From contig CAWECK010000005.1 of assembly GCA_963807715.1 (NCBI GenBank), forward strand, positions 251,194 to 315,193: a stretch of 64,000 nt of DNA, read 5' to 3'. The position numbers and the translations under genes are program-made. Source of the DNA: an uncultured Planctomycetia bacterium. GTDB taxonomy: Bacteria; Planctomycetota; Planctomycetia; Pirellulales; PALSA-1355. This document shows, piece by piece, positions 30,523-42,108 of this stretch. Under the pieces are notes generated by a model, which saw nothing but the letters and a program-made list of their open reading frames with translations, was not told where the DNA came from and made no database searches. The first letter of the stretch is position 1; each line of letters begins with the position of its first letter.

Positions 30523-32936
30523 TTACTTTAATTCGACCGTTACTTGCTGGATCTTGCCGGTGAACTGGAATGGCAACTTGTAAGTGAAGTCCACCGCGGA
30601 GCCCACGTCCATGCCAACGTCTAGGCCCTCGCCGAGACCGAATTGGATCGGGATCGTTTTTTCGAGCCGCCCCTCGGCGACCACTTTGCCATTCGCCGAG
30701 AGAATGATCTTCCCGCCTTTCCCGAACTCGCCTGGTTTGCCGTCGTACACGAAATTGACGACGAGCTTGGCGTTGCCTTTCGGAAGCGACGCCTTGCCGG
30801 CAAACGTGGGTCGGTCGAGCGCAAGGTAGTTGTACACGAATGTCGGCTTGCCATCTTTTAGGTAGAGGCCATATCCGCCGACGAGGCCGCCGTGAGTGAC
30901 GATCATGCCGCTGGCGCTTCTCCGGCACTTCGACGTCGGCCGTAATGGTCCATGACTTGTTAAGCATTCGCGGCGAGGCGGCCTCCGGAAGGCCAACCTG
31001 CCCCGGATAGAACTGAAATGTCTTTGTGTTCCCGCCGAGGGTCGGCCGCCCCATAGCCTCGGAGTTCATGCGCGTCGGTGCCGCGCCAGTCGAGCGGCAG
31101 CACGTTGTACTTGGACGCTTCCACCCACCACAGGTCTTGTAACTGGCGGAGCTTCTCTGGGTTATTCTTGGCCAAGTCGTTCGACTGCGTGAAGTCCTTT
31201 TCGACGTTGTAGAGCTCCCACTTTGCCTTATCCGGGTCGAAGCCCGTACGAATCGGTTGCCACGGCACGAAGGACCGGGAGGACGCCATCCAACCGTCCT
31301 GGTAGATTCCGCGGTTAACGCCTAACTCGAAGTATTGCGTCTTCCTCGACTCGGGGGCTTTGGCGTCGCTGAATGAATCCACGAAGCTAACTCCCTCGAT
31401 TGGCTTCTGCTTTACGCCATTCAAGTCGGTCGGCGCGGTAATCCCACACGCTTCGTAGATCGTCGGCACGACGTCGATGACGTGGATGAACTGGCTGCGG
31501 ATCCCTCCCTTGTCCTTGATCTTCGCCGGCCACGACACGATCATCGGGTTGCGGGTGCCGCCGAAGTGCGAAGCGACCTGCTTTGTCCACTGAAACGGGG
31601 TGTCCATCGCGTGCGCCCACGCGCTCGGGAAGTGGTTGAAGTGCTTCGGGCCACCAAGTTCGTCCATGACCTTGAAGTTGTCCTGCCACTTCTCGGGGAA
31701 GCCATTGAAGAACAGGTTTTCGTTCACGGATCCTTCAATGCCCCCCTCGGCACTCGAACCGTTGTCGCCCGCGATATAAATGAACAGGGTGTTCTCCGCT
31801 CCAGGAAGTTGCTTGACGGCATCGACCACCCGGCCCATATGGTGATCGACGTGCGCCCCGTAGCCGGCGAACACCTCCATCATCCGCGCATAGAGCTTCT
31901 TCTGATCGGCGTTGAGCGAGTCCCAAGCGGGCAACCCCTCGGATCGCTCGGTAAGTTTGGCTTCCTGAGGGACTACGCCGAGCTTCTTCTGGCATGCAAA
32001 CGTGTCCTCGCGGTACTTGTCCCAGCCGCCGTCAAACTTACCCTTGAACTTGTCGATCCACTCCTTCGGTGCGTGGTGCGGCGAGTGGGTAGCCCCCGGA
32101 GCGACGTACAGGAAGAACGGCTTGTCCGGGGCGATGCTCTTTACCTTGCGCATCCAGGCAATCGACTTGTCGGCGATGTCCTCGGTCAAGTGATAGTTTG
32201 GGTCTGTGGACGCTGGTACGAGGTTGCGGTTCTCGAATAGGACTGGGTTCCAATGATTCATGTCGCCGGCGTTGAATCCGTAGAAATAGTCGAACCCGAG
32301 GCCGTTGGCCCAGCGGTCGAACGGACCCGCCGCGCTCGTTTCCCAGGTCGGCGTGTTGTGGTTCTTGCCGACCCAGCCGGTCATGTAACCGTTCTGTCGC
32401 AGAACTTCGCCAACAGTTCCGCAACTCCGCGGGAGGATGCAAGTATAGCCGTCGTAACCGGTGGCGAGTTCGGTGATGCCGGCGAACGCCGCCGAGTGAT
32501 GATTGCGGCCGGTGATGAGCGCGGCCCGCGTTGGGCTACAAAGGGCCGTCGTGTGGAAGCGGTTGTACCGCAAACCTTCCGACGCGAGTTTATCCATCGT
32601 CGGTGACGTGACGCCGCCGCCGAACGTACTGAACTGACCGAAACCGGCGTCGTCGAGCAGGATTAGCACAACGTTCGGCGCGTCCTTGGGCGGCTGCACT
32701 GGCTGTGGGAACTGCGCCCTGTCCGAATCGAGATACGTGCGGCCAACTTCACCGGGGAAATGAAAGTCGGGCCGGGGCAGGACGAGAGGCGTTCCTATGT
32801 GCCGCTGTGGATTCCCTGTCTTCGCTTGCTTCTCCTGGGCGATGGCGGCGTTGGGACGGCCTGAAGCGGTCAGCCAACCGAGCAATGCGCTCACGGCAAG
32901 CACAGCCAGAGTGCCAAAAGTCGCTGACGGGTTCAT
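30523..32936 (-). CDS. Arylsulfatase paralog (two frameshifts at ~31070 and ~30915)
   Basis: PNVVLILLDDAGFG, ALCSPTRAALITGRNHH; C-terminal domain split across ORFs 28091-31069 (N-part) and 30523-30996. Confidence 0.85.
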
Positions 32937-33379
32937 GGAGCGGACTCCTTGGAGACTCGACATCTTTCCGCAGACGAACAAGTCGAATCGTGCGGGGGAA
33001 TTGATGTGATTGTACCGCTTAGGAGCAGAAACCGCGACAATACTGACCTGTTGAAAGGTCCAGATCGGGCGATCGAGGCCCTGTTGCCTGAACACTTCGA
33101 AATTAGCGAATACCGAGATAGCCATTTTGGCCAATCGCAGCTAATTGAGAGAAGCAATTTCGGCGAACAAGGAGTTGTCCGAGGGACAAGTTCACGGAAT
33201 TGCCGAAAAAGATGAAAGGAAAGGAGAGGGGCCGCATGGGGATCTCGAACCAAGATGCCTTTCGGCACAAAATCCTAGATCCAGCGCGTTGCTCCAACGA
33301 GAGCGTAGAGCGCGGCGGTCCGACACCGACGCGCCCTGGTCCTTTGGCCCCCTCAGTCAAGTAGTCCCGCAAATCGTTC

Positions 33380-33441
33380 GCTTCTCGGCACCGCCAACCG
33401 GGCGATTCGGCCAGCACCACGAGCCAAATCGGCATTCTCAC
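33380..33441 (+). repeat. Dispersed direct repeat, copy 1 (62 bp)
   Basis: 56/62 identical to 38505-38566 by manual alignment; first 29 bp identical; contains repeated TCGGCA. Confidence 0.85.
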
Positions 33442-33529
33442 CAAACGGATGGAGATTTCGGCACGCTTTGGCGCGTGTCAGAAATGTGGTCGTTTGATTA
33501 GTCGTCCAACAAAACGTAAGAGTTGGTGA

Positions 33530-35935
33530 TCAAGCGATCCCGAGTCGTCCGAATACCGGACATTTGGCGGCGTCTACGACAAATGCGAATGCAACCGCCG
33601 CGGCAAGCGTGCAGATCACAGTGACTATCGGCAAAGGCGTCATGAAGATTCCACAGGTAGCCAACGTCGAGGCGATCAGGAGATCGACGACCGATGACAC
33701 AACGAGCCAAAAGCCTGGGCACGAGGACCACAGGCGCCGGCGCTCGCGATTGGCATACATCGTTGCCTGATTCCCGAACACGATGAGGACAAAAGCCAGA
33801 GTTCTCAGCGCACCGATTTCGAACCCCATGCCGAATTCGCCAATGGCCAAAACTGCGCTGCAAAAGACCAGTTCCGCAATTCCCATAAACACGCCCGCGA
33901 GTGTCAATCTGCCGATTTGCCAGGCGTTCGGCGACGGAGACGGTCGCACATTGTCCGTTGTCAATGACATGCCCAGGAAGTCGCCGGTGATCATGATGAT
34001 GACCATTAGCATCGGAGTCAGGATCGCATGCCCGGTCATTATCAGACCAACCGCCAAGAAGAGCACCTGGACGACTTTCTTGGTAACGGAATTGAGTGTA
34101 TAGGTAAGGATGCGCTGGAACGTCACCCGGCCTTCCTTGACCGAGGCAACAATGCCGCCGAGTCCGGGCTTGGTCAGAACGATGCCGGCTGCCGACTTGG
34201 CGACGTCGGTCGCCGTCGATACCGCGATGCCCATCTGCGCCTGTCGAAGTGCGGGCGCATCGTTGGCGCCGTCGCCGCACATGCCGACGGCATGGCCGTC
34301 CTTCTGAAATGTCTTGACGAGATCATACTTGCCCTCCGGCAGAACGCCGGCAAAAACCGCGAAGTCTTTTGGACGTACCTTGTCCGGGATCGGCCCCGGT
34401 GGACAAACAGGTCCGTCAAGCCCCACCGCGTGAGCCACGATTGCCGCGGTCGCCGGCGCGTCGCCAGTCACCATCACGGTGCGCACGCCCAACGTGAGCA
34501 GCTCCGTGATTAGCGCTGCCGAGTCCGCCCGAGGCGGGTCGCTGAGTGCAATGAGTCCCGCAAGTTGCAGCGACGGCGGCGGACCGACGGCGACGGCGAG
34601 AACCCTGAAGCCTTGCGATTCAAGTTCGTTTGCCGCCGTGGACGCCGTTGGCGATGGCTGGGTGAGACCGACAACAACAGTAAAGGCCCCCTTCACGATA
34701 CGTAGTTTGTTGCCGCTTTGGTCCACCGCTGTCGCCTCGGACATCTTCGTCGCCGGATCGAACGGCACAAACGTCATCCGTTTCGGCAGATCGGAGGAAC
34801 CGTTGCGCGCGGCGGCAGAACTAATGGCTGCATCGACAGGATCCTTTCCGCCGTCCGAGCCTGCGAGCGCAGCTAAGCCCAGGACGTGAGCCTCGTCGAA
34901 GCCGGACAGCGGGTGGACGGTGGTCACCGTCAGCTCGTTACGCGTCAATGTGCCCGTCTTATCCGCACACAGAACATCTATGGATGCCGCCTCGTCCACG
35001 GCGGAGAGACGCGTCGGCAGAACGCCTTGGCGTGCCAGAGACCGTGCACCGACTGCCGCTGCGAGAGTAAAGGTGGCCGGCAGCGCGACCGGGATTGAGG
35101 CAAGAACCGCGGTGAGCACGAGGGAAATGATTTCGGCAAGCGGCATGGTGTGAACCCAAGCATACGCCACCAGGATGACGATGAGGGTGCCGTTGAACAT
35201 CGCGAGATTGCGCACCACGCGCAGCACAGCCTTCTGCTGGGAACTTACGACATACGCACTGAGGACAAGCTCCGCGGTACGACCAAACTTCGTGCGTGTT
35301 CCAGTCGCTGTCACCTCCGCAACCGCCTCGCCTCGCCGTACCAGCGCCCCTGCAAAGGTCTGGAAGTTCGGGCCAGCTTCGATGGGGATGGATTCGCCGG
35401 TGAGCATGGACTGATCGAGCAGAATCGAGCCCTCAACCAAGCGCACGTCGGCGGCAACCACCGAGCCGAGCGACAGCTGCACGATGTCGCCGGGCACCAA
35501 CTCGGCGGCGGGCAGATTTGTCCAAATGCCGTTGCGCCGAACCGTCGCGCTCAGCGCCAGCCGCGATTTCAGCGCGGCAAGGGTTGCCTGGGCGCGCCCC
35601 TCCTGGAAAAACCCGAGCGCGGCGTTGAACACCAGCAGGCCCGCGATGATCGCGGCCTCGACATACTCGCCGAGTGCCATCTGAAGCACGATCGCGGCTT
35701 CGAGCATCCAGGGAACCGGCGCCCAGAATTTTTCCAGCACCATGCGAAATGGATTCAGAGTCGTGTCAGCCACCGCGTTAGGACCGAATTGCTTCAGCCG
35801 GCGCCCGGCCTCCTCGCTTGCGAGACCTGTTTCGGTATTCACAGGCTCCGACGCTGATGTCACGCTGGGATCCTTGCCGGTTGATGGGATTGAGGAAGGA
35901 GTCTGAATGCCCGATTTGTTTGTAGCCGTTTGCAT
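33530..35935 (-). CDS. P-type ATPase, P3A proton-efflux type
   Basis: KFWAPVPWMLE, LTGES, IPVALP, DKTGTLT, FVPFDP, MVTGD, GDGANDAPAL. Confidence 0.88.
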   Translation of the reverse strand: MQTATNKSGIQTPSSIPSTGKDPSVTSASEPVNTETGLASEEAGRRLKQFGPNAVADTTLNPFRMVLEKFWAPVPWMLEAAIVLQMALGEYVEAAIIAGLLVFNAALGFFQEGRAQATLAALKSRLALSATVRRNGIWTNLPAAELVPGDIVQLSLGSVVAADVRLVEGSILLDQSMLTGESIPIEAGPNFQTFAGALVRRGEAVAEVTATGTRTKFGRTAELVLSAYVVSSQQKAVLRVVRNLAMFNGTLIVILVAYAWVHTMPLAEIISLVLTAVLASIPVALPATFTLAAAVGARSLARQGVLPTRLSAVDEAASIDVLCADKTGTLTRNELTVTTVHPLSGFDEAHVLGLAALAGSDGGKDPVDAAISSAAARNGSSDLPKRMTFVPFDPATKMSEATAVDQSGNKLRIVKGAFTVVVGLTQPSPTASTAANELESQGFRVLAVAVGPPPSLQLAGLIALSDPPRADSAALITELLTLGVRTVMVTGDAPATAAIVAHAVGLDGPVCPPGPIPDKVRPKDFAVFAGVLPEGKYDLVKTFQKDGHAVGMCGDGANDAPALRQAQMGIAVSTATDVAKSAAGIVLTKPGLGGIVASVKEGRVTFQRILTYTLNSVTKKVVQVLFLAVGLIMTGHAILTPMLMVIIMITGDFLGMSLTTDNVRPSPSPNAWQIGRLTLAGVFMGIAELVFCSAVLAIGEFGMGFEIGALRTLAFVLIVFGNQATMYANRERRRLWSSCPGFWLVVSSVVDLLIASTLATCGIFMTPLPIVTVICTLAAAVAFAFVVDAAKCPVFGRLGIA

Positions 35936-36133
35936 CGAGATCCCGGCATCAGTTGAAGAATCGCAACGCTCCCATCAAGGCGCGGATCGCGGACAATTGT
36001 AACCGATTTCGCGCCGTTAGAAGCATCAAAGGGTCAACTCGTTTGGACATTACAACGATATCCAAGAAATTCGCGAGGCTAGCTGCGCTCGGCTTGTACC
36101 GGACTCGACGTGAACAATCCCAGCCATTGAAGC

Positions 36134-36203
36134 AGAAAAGCCCCTCAGCCTGATGACCGAAGGGCTTCTGTGGAAGGCAGTCGAGGCGACAGGAAGTGAA
36201 CCC
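36134..36203 (-). mobile_element. Degenerate tRNA(Pro-like) 3'-end att remnant with downstream hairpin
   Basis: Minus strand GGTTCACTTCCTGTCGCCTCGAC, followed by hairpin AGAAGCCCTTCGGTC...GGCTGAGGGGCTTTTCT. Confidence 0.4.
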
Positions 36204-36434
36204 GGTCTCGACAATCTTTCCTCAGATGGAACGGTGCCAGAAATGACGAGTTTCCGAGCCCTCGCCGGTGTCGATTACCGCTGTCCACGAATGAAATGTC
36301 CGGGCTCGGCGCACTTATCGGTCGTATTCTGGGACAACCAGGGGCAACGACCGCGGCTGGTGGGCGGTGTGAAAGTCAGGCCCGAATCGGTGCACCTCGG
36401 ACCAGCATATCGGCAGCTCGCTGGATCGCGCTTG

Positions 36435-36971
36435 TTAGGTTTCGTTACGGTTCTGCTGAAGCACAATCGTGCGCGGATAAAACCCAAAGCGATTGTAGAT
36501 CGCTAGTGCTTCCTCGTTGCTATGAGCGACCGTTACCAGCTTGGAAGTCGCTCCCGCGCTTTCAAGCCACGCTAGTGCGCGGCGAAGTAGCTCGCTGCCA
36601 ATGCCACAGCCACGAAAACCTTCGTCGACAAATAGCGAATCAACCTCCCCACGGCAGTCGGCAGAGACCGTGCTGATGCAATAAGCGACATCTGCCATGT
36701 CCGAGGGCTTACTAACCAGCTCAATTCGAAGCTTTCCGGACACCGCTTTAGCAAGCAGTTCCTGCTTCCGTGGCTCAAATGAGGAGCGGTGCATCTCGGC
36801 CGCAAAGCGCCAGGGCAAGTTTGCGTGATAGGCCCTAAGTTTTTCCCAGAGCGGCTGGACGGCGTCAAAACTGTTTTCGTCGACAATACGGTAGACATAT
36901 TCAGGAGTGGTATGAAGCACGACGTTCGGAACAGGTCGCGGAAGCGAGGGGTTTGGCATTTCGCTATTCAT
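36435..36971 (-). CDS. GNAT family N-acetyltransferase
   Basis: GEVDSLFVDEGFRGCGIGSELL...NEEALAIYNRFGF. Confidence 0.85.
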   Translation of the reverse strand: MNSEMPNPSLPRPVPNVVLHTTPEYVYRIVDENSFDAVQPLWEKLRAYHANLPWRFAAEMHRSSFEPRKQELLAKAVSGKLRIELVSKPSDMADVAYCISTVSADCRGEVDSLFVDEGFRGCGIGSELLRRALAWLESAGATSKLVTVAHSNEEALAIYNRFGFYPRTIVLQQNRNET

Positions 36972-37048
36972 AGTTGGCTTCCTCGCGGCAATCTTGGAGT
37001 TAAGCTCCGCAGAGTGACGCAATTTGATCCGTTGCGGTCGTTTGCGTT

Positions 37049-38429
37049 TGAGGTGGACCCCGAAAACTGGACAGCCTGATAAGATGTAGCTTCCCCCCAG
37101 GGGAGTGAATCATCAGGAGGTGTCCGAGTGAGCAGGAAGCGACGAGTATTTGGGGCTGCGTTCAAGGCGAAGGTGGCCTTGGCTGCGATTCGTGGGGATA
37201 AGACGACGGCACAGTTGGCGTCGGAATTCAGCGTGCATACGAGCCAGGTGACGGCCTGGAAGAAGCAGCTCTTGGAGCAAGCGACGGACTTGTTCGAGGA
37301 CGGCCGCCGAGCCCGGCCCGACGAGCGGGCCGCGAACGAACAGCAACTGTACGAGCAGATCGGCCGCCTGAAGATGGAGGTCGAGTGGTTGAAAAAAAAA
37401 TCTGCCGAGCTCGGTTGACGGCAAGCGTGGTTGTATCGAGGTGGGCCATACCGGCCTGAGTGTGTCGCGGCAGTGCGAGCTGTTGGGTCTGGCACGCAGC
37501 AGCCGGTATTACGTGGCGGCAAGTGAGACGGAGGAGAACCTGGCGCTGATGCGGGCGATCGATGCCCAGTATTTGGAAACGCCGTTTTACGGCAGTCGTA
37601 AGATGGCGGTCGAACTCTCGGCGAATCGCAAGCGCGTGCGGCGGCTGATGCGGGTGATGGGACTGGAAGCGATCTATCGCAAGCCGCGTACGACGCAGCG
37701 TAATCCGGGACACAAGATTTACCCTTATTTACTGCGGAATGTGGAGGTCACCAAGCCGAACCAGGTCTGGAGTAGCGACATTACTTACGTGCCGCTTCGT
37801 CATGGCTTCATGTACCTGACGGCCGTGATGGACTGGTACAGTCGTTACGTGTTGTCGTGGCGATTGTCGAACACGTTGGAAGGAAGCTTCTGCCTGGAAG
37901 CCTTGGACGAAGCGCTGGCCGCTGGTCAGCCGGAGATTTTCAATAGCGATCAAGGCTGCCAGTTCACGGCCACGGCGTTTACCGGCCGGCTGCAATCGCG
38001 TGGTATCGCGATCAGCATGGATGGCCGCGGTCGAGCTTTGGACAACGTGTTCGTGGAGCGGCTCTGGCGGAGCGTCAAATACGAAGAGGTGTACCTGCGA
38101 GACTACGGCGATGGCTGGGAGGCGGAGCGATCATTGATGGCGTACTTCCGTTTCTACTGCCATCGCCGCGTGCATCAGGCATTGGATTATCGCACGCCTG
38201 CAGAAGTGTACGGCGAGGCAGTAAACGGCCGATAACAACGAAAGCAAATTGCGGCGCTAAAAATCCTGGCTGCGCCACGCTACGGGGAGGGCAAGTCTTC
38301 TCTGAAACCGAAACGTACTCAGCCGTAGCGGCCGCGCGAGCCCTTTGAGGGGGCTCACGGGCCGCCAGCCTAACAACGCTACATCTTATCCAAGGCTGAA
38401 AACTGTCCAGCGCTTCGGGGTCCACCTCA
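37049..38429 (+). mobile_element. IS3-family insertion sequence (orfA 37128-37418, orfB to 38235, -1 frameshift at A9 run ~37392-37400)
   Basis: IRs TGAGGTGGACCCCGAA..CTGGACAG / CTGTCCAG..TTCGGGGTCCACCTCA; 3-bp TSD GTT; WSSDITY, SDQGCQF, DNVFVERLWRSVKYE. Confidence 0.95.
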
Positions 38430-38504
38430 GTTAGGACACCTTGTCCTGGAAGATGTTCGCTCCTGGCACGCAATTTGGCTACCGTCGAGGATCAAAAAAG
38501 GTTG

Positions 38505-38566
38505 GCTTCTCGGCACCGCCAACCGGGCGATTCAGCCAAGAGCACCAGCCAAGTCGGCATTCTCAC
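38505..38566 (+). repeat. Dispersed direct repeat, copy 2 (62 bp)
   Basis: See 33380-33441. Confidence 0.85.
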
Positions 38567-38666
38567 TTAAGGTATGAGAATGCGGCACGCCCTAGCGCGT
38601 TCCGAAAAAGGGGTGGTTACTTGCGAGTGTCACGCAGACATGAGTTAATGACACGAAATCGTCGTT

Positions 38667-38820
38667 TCCTTCTCCACGGTGGGGCTGACGGGCATTGCCC
38701 GCAAGACTGTGGCAGGATGCGTCGAACGTATCAACCGGCTTTATGAGCAGGGTGCGGACGCTCTCCGCATCGGCGGGCACGTGCGACGGTGGCTATGCTG
38801 GGCGAGCGGTGGTCTGGCGG
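38667..38820 (+). pseudogene. C-terminal (thumb) fragment of a group II intron-like reverse transcriptase
   Basis: FSTVGLTGIARKTVAGCVERINRLYEQGADALRIGGHVRRWLCWASGGL resembles the ..RLYEQG..YVRRWxRW.. tail of stand-alone group II-like RTs; no YxDD present. Confidence 0.45.
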
Positions 38821-38859
38821 CGTACAATGTCCAGCAACTGACGAGACTAACTCGGGGAG

Positions 38860-39085
38860 ACCGGTGGATTCGCTCAACTGCGTGAGCCGGGTTGTACTGT
38901 TCGGCATGTATGTCGCTGCCACAAACGAATTCACCGAACATGCGAAGGCCGCCGCCGCGGCGTCGGAACTGCTGCGCGATGCCTTTGGCAAGCAGACCAT
39001 CGCATCGCGACTCGTCTTCGGCGCGTCGAGCCCGCCATTTGGTTCGTTAATTCAAATGGAAGTCGTCTTGGAAGTGACAACAATT
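38860..39085 (+). pseudogene. RidA/YjgF-family C-terminal fragment
   Basis: VSRVVLFGMYVAATNEFTEHAKAAAAASELLRDAFG...SRLVFGASSPPFGSLIQMEVVLEV. Confidence 0.6.
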
Positions 39086-39125
39086 GATCCACAACGGACT
39101 TGGGAAATATCTAAGGAGCAAAACA

Positions 39126-40067
39126 ATGACAATTCCCGACGACCTTCGCTATACGAAAATAGCCCTCAACAATGGATCCGGTGCCATCCCCGCGCTCGGC
39201 TTTGGCACACTCATTCCCGACCCCGTGGCAACCAGAAACACGACAAAGGCGGCGCTGGAGGCAGGATTTCGCCTGCTCGACACTGCGGAACGTTACCAAA
39301 CTGAAAAAGAGGTCGGCGAAGCGATGCAGGAGGTGTTCAAGGAGGGGAAGATCAAGCGAGAGGACGTTTTTGTCGTCACGAAGCTCTGGAACACAAATCA
39401 TCGTCCTGAACGCGTCAAACCTGCTTTCGAAGCCAGTCTGAAGAAGCTCCAGGTCGACTTCGTCGATCTGTATCTCATCCACACTCCCTTTGCCTTCCAA
39501 CCCGGAAACGAACTGGATCCGAGGGATGCAAGCGGGAATGTGATTTATGACGAAGGCGTGACGTTACTGGATACATGGAGGGCGTTGGAGGGCTTGGTGA
39601 ATGAAGGGACGTGTAAGGCCATTGGATTATCCGACGTCAGCCTGGAACAGGCGCAAGACATCTTTGAAGCAGGGAGGATCAAGCCTGCTGTCGTTCACGT
39701 CGAATCCCATCCGTATCTCCCGGAATGGGACCTTTTGAGCTATTGCAGAAAGAATGGGATTGTGCTGCAAGCTTTCGCAGCCTTGGGACATAGTAGCGAG
39801 CCCAAGTTGCTGGAAGATCCTGTCATCATCGCAATCGCCAAGCGAGTCAACAAGACCCCGGCGCAAGTCTTGCTCGCCTGGGCCATCCAGCGCGGGACGG
39901 CTGCCCTGACTACCTCGAAGACCCCCAGCCGCATCCAGGAGAACTTTGAAGTTTCCGCCCTTCCTGAAGACGCGGTGCGAGAGATTAGCGATGGAATCAA
40001 GTCGCGAGTTAGGTTCAATGCGGTTGTGGAGACCGGCATTCCCGGGTTCATTCCGAGAGGAAAGTGA
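39126..40067 (+). CDS. Aldo/keto reductase
   Basis: IPALGFGT, LDTAERY, TKLWN, DLYLIHTP, KAIGLS, TPAQVLLAW; AAGGAG RBS. Confidence 0.92.
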   Translation: MTIPDDLRYTKIALNNGSGAIPALGFGTLIPDPVATRNTTKAALEAGFRLLDTAERYQTEKEVGEAMQEVFKEGKIKREDVFVVTKLWNTNHRPERVKPAFEASLKKLQVDFVDLYLIHTPFAFQPGNELDPRDASGNVIYDEGVTLLDTWRALEGLVNEGTCKAIGLSDVSLEQAQDIFEAGRIKPAVVHVESHPYLPEWDLLSYCRKNGIVLQAFAALGHSSEPKLLEDPVIIAIAKRVNKTPAQVLLAWAIQRGTAALTTSKTPSRIQENFEVSALPEDAVREISDGIKSRVRFNAVVETGIPGFIPRGK

Positions 40068-40658
40068 TCTTGAGAAAGTGCCTCCTCAGGCTGGATTCAT
40101 CGGCGATATTCGGCTGAGGCAGGGCTCCAAGTGTGCAATTGGGTCGCTTTAAGCAGAACGCACTGGCCCAACATGCGTTGGCCAACACAACCGAGCTCGC
40201 CGACGCCAAATCGGAAGACTTTGGCTCCGTGTTTTATGTCGGATGTCACCAGCCCGACCCGTTGCGCTCGCGACTGGCCAAGCGAAGGTTTGAAATGGCC
40301 TGCGAATATCGGGCGAATAGAACCAAGCCGGCTATGCAGGACGGTCAAGGGTTGCGTCGCATCAAACGTCGCACCGGCGTCGATGATATTGGTGCGTTTT
40401 TGTGCGCTCAGGTCGAACCGACCTGAGCGCCGAAGGATGCCGGCTGCCCATTCGCGGCCTTGCGGAAGCGTTCTAGCGTCGATCGCTAGGTCGCTGGGGC
40501 ACACCGACCGACGGATCAGAACGGCACGGGAAAACCGAGCCAGAAATAGTTCGTTTCTTGAGAGTTCCGCGGCGGACACCAGGTAACGGATTCGTCTTGC
40601 CGATTCCAGTCGCCTTTACTCATCCCTGAAATCAAAGTCCCGCTTTCCCGTGCCCGCC

Positions 40659-41963
40659 GTAAGCGTCCGCCGAATCCATACTTGCCGTCGCTGTTAGTCT
40701 GAGATGTGTTGTCTCAGTTACTGATGGAGTCGAGTGATGGCGAAGAATGGAAGGCCTCCGGCGTCGTTGGATGAGTGGCTGGATTGGCAGCAGCGGCTGG
40801 TGAGCCAGAAGGCGAGCGGACTCAGCGTCGACGTTTACTGCCTGCAAGAGGGGGTCTCGCGGTCAAGCTTCTACCGCTGGCAAGATCGGCTAAAAAATGG
40901 CGTTCCCGCGGCGTTGCTTGAGGAGAAAGCCGATCGCTTGCGAGTCGAGTCGGAAGACGTGAGCGAGGCAACCTTTCTGCCGATCTCGCTCAAAGCCTCG
41001 CCCGTGGAGATTGAGTTGCCCAATGGTGGCATTGTGCGACTGCCGCTGGGCGTCGGCCAGGCCGCGCTGATCGCCGTCATCGAAGCCGCGGGAACCCTCC
41101 GACCCTGGAAGGCATCCCAATCATGACGAACTTCTCCGAACTGCGCGTCTTTCTTTGCACGACGCCCATCAGCATGAACTTCAGTTTCGACCGATTGATG
41201 GGGATCGCGGAGCGGACCTTCAACCAAGATCCGTTGTCGGGGCATTTGTTTCTCTTCGTCAATCGTTACCGCAACCGGATCAAGATCTTGTTCTGGGATC
41301 GCGACGGTTTTTGCATTTGGTACAAGCGACTTGAGCGCGGCGTCTTTGAAATGCCGGTCGGCGGCCAGGTGGGCGTGGAACTCGACTACAAACAACTGTC
41401 GCGATTGTTGGGCGGCCTCGATCTGCGCAGTGGGCGTCGCCGTCAGCGTCGGTATCGTCGCGTCGTCCAAGATAATTCCAGAAATGGACTTCCCTAATTG
41501 GAAAGAGTCGATAGAACGGTTGTCGTTATGGATGACGACAACGCTCTTCCCACCGATCTTGCCGAGTGCCAACAACTCTTGTTGGTTGCATTCCAACGGG
41601 CCGCCGAACTGAGCCGTGTGTTGGACGAGACAGCCGCCTCCTACGAAGAGCTGCAAGCGACGCATCAGGCCGCGCTAGAGGAGTTGAGCGCCCTGAAGCG
41701 GTGGATCTACGGCCGGCGGACCGAGAAGATCGTCGAAGGGGAAGGCCAGCGTCATCTGTTTGATCTCGAACCCTCCAGCACAACGGCGACTTCGCTCGAT
41801 CCAAATCAAGAACAGTCTCGCACAGCAGCCACGGGACGTCGCCGTCGCCGAGAACTCGATCTCGACAAGCTGCCGCACTATCGACAAGAGCAGGATCTGA
41901 GCGAAGCGGACAAGCAGTGCTCCGGCTGCGGTCGGGCCAAGGACCGCATCGGCCAGGACGAGA
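40659..41963 (+). mobile_element. IS66-family element, 3'-truncated (tnpA 40737-41126, tnpB 41123-41497, tnpC fragment ~41528-41963)
   Basis: Left end GTAAGCGTCCG; TnpB LFLFVNRYRNRIKILFWDRDGFCIWYKRLERGVF; TnpC LKRWIYGRRTEK and CSGCG, DDE domain absent. Confidence 0.88.
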
Positions 41964-42108
41964 ACAGAGCCCCGTCCAACCAACGCGGGTCGATGTGACG
42001 CTATCGAAGCGGGCATACAGGTCGCACACCGTACGCCGGATTGAAGCGCTGGCCGTGCGGCATGCTCTGATGAACCCGCGCGGCAGGGCAAGACACTGCC
42101 GCGATCGT

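Noticed and set aside
38667-38820. RT fragment as the DGR reverse transcriptase
   Set aside because: It is on the opposite strand ~9 kb from avd, has no catalytic domain, and resembles group II-like rather than DGR RT tails.
40097-40586. ORFs between the aldo/keto reductase and IS66
   Set aside because: Several overlapping frames with no recognisable motif or RBS; I cannot support a call.
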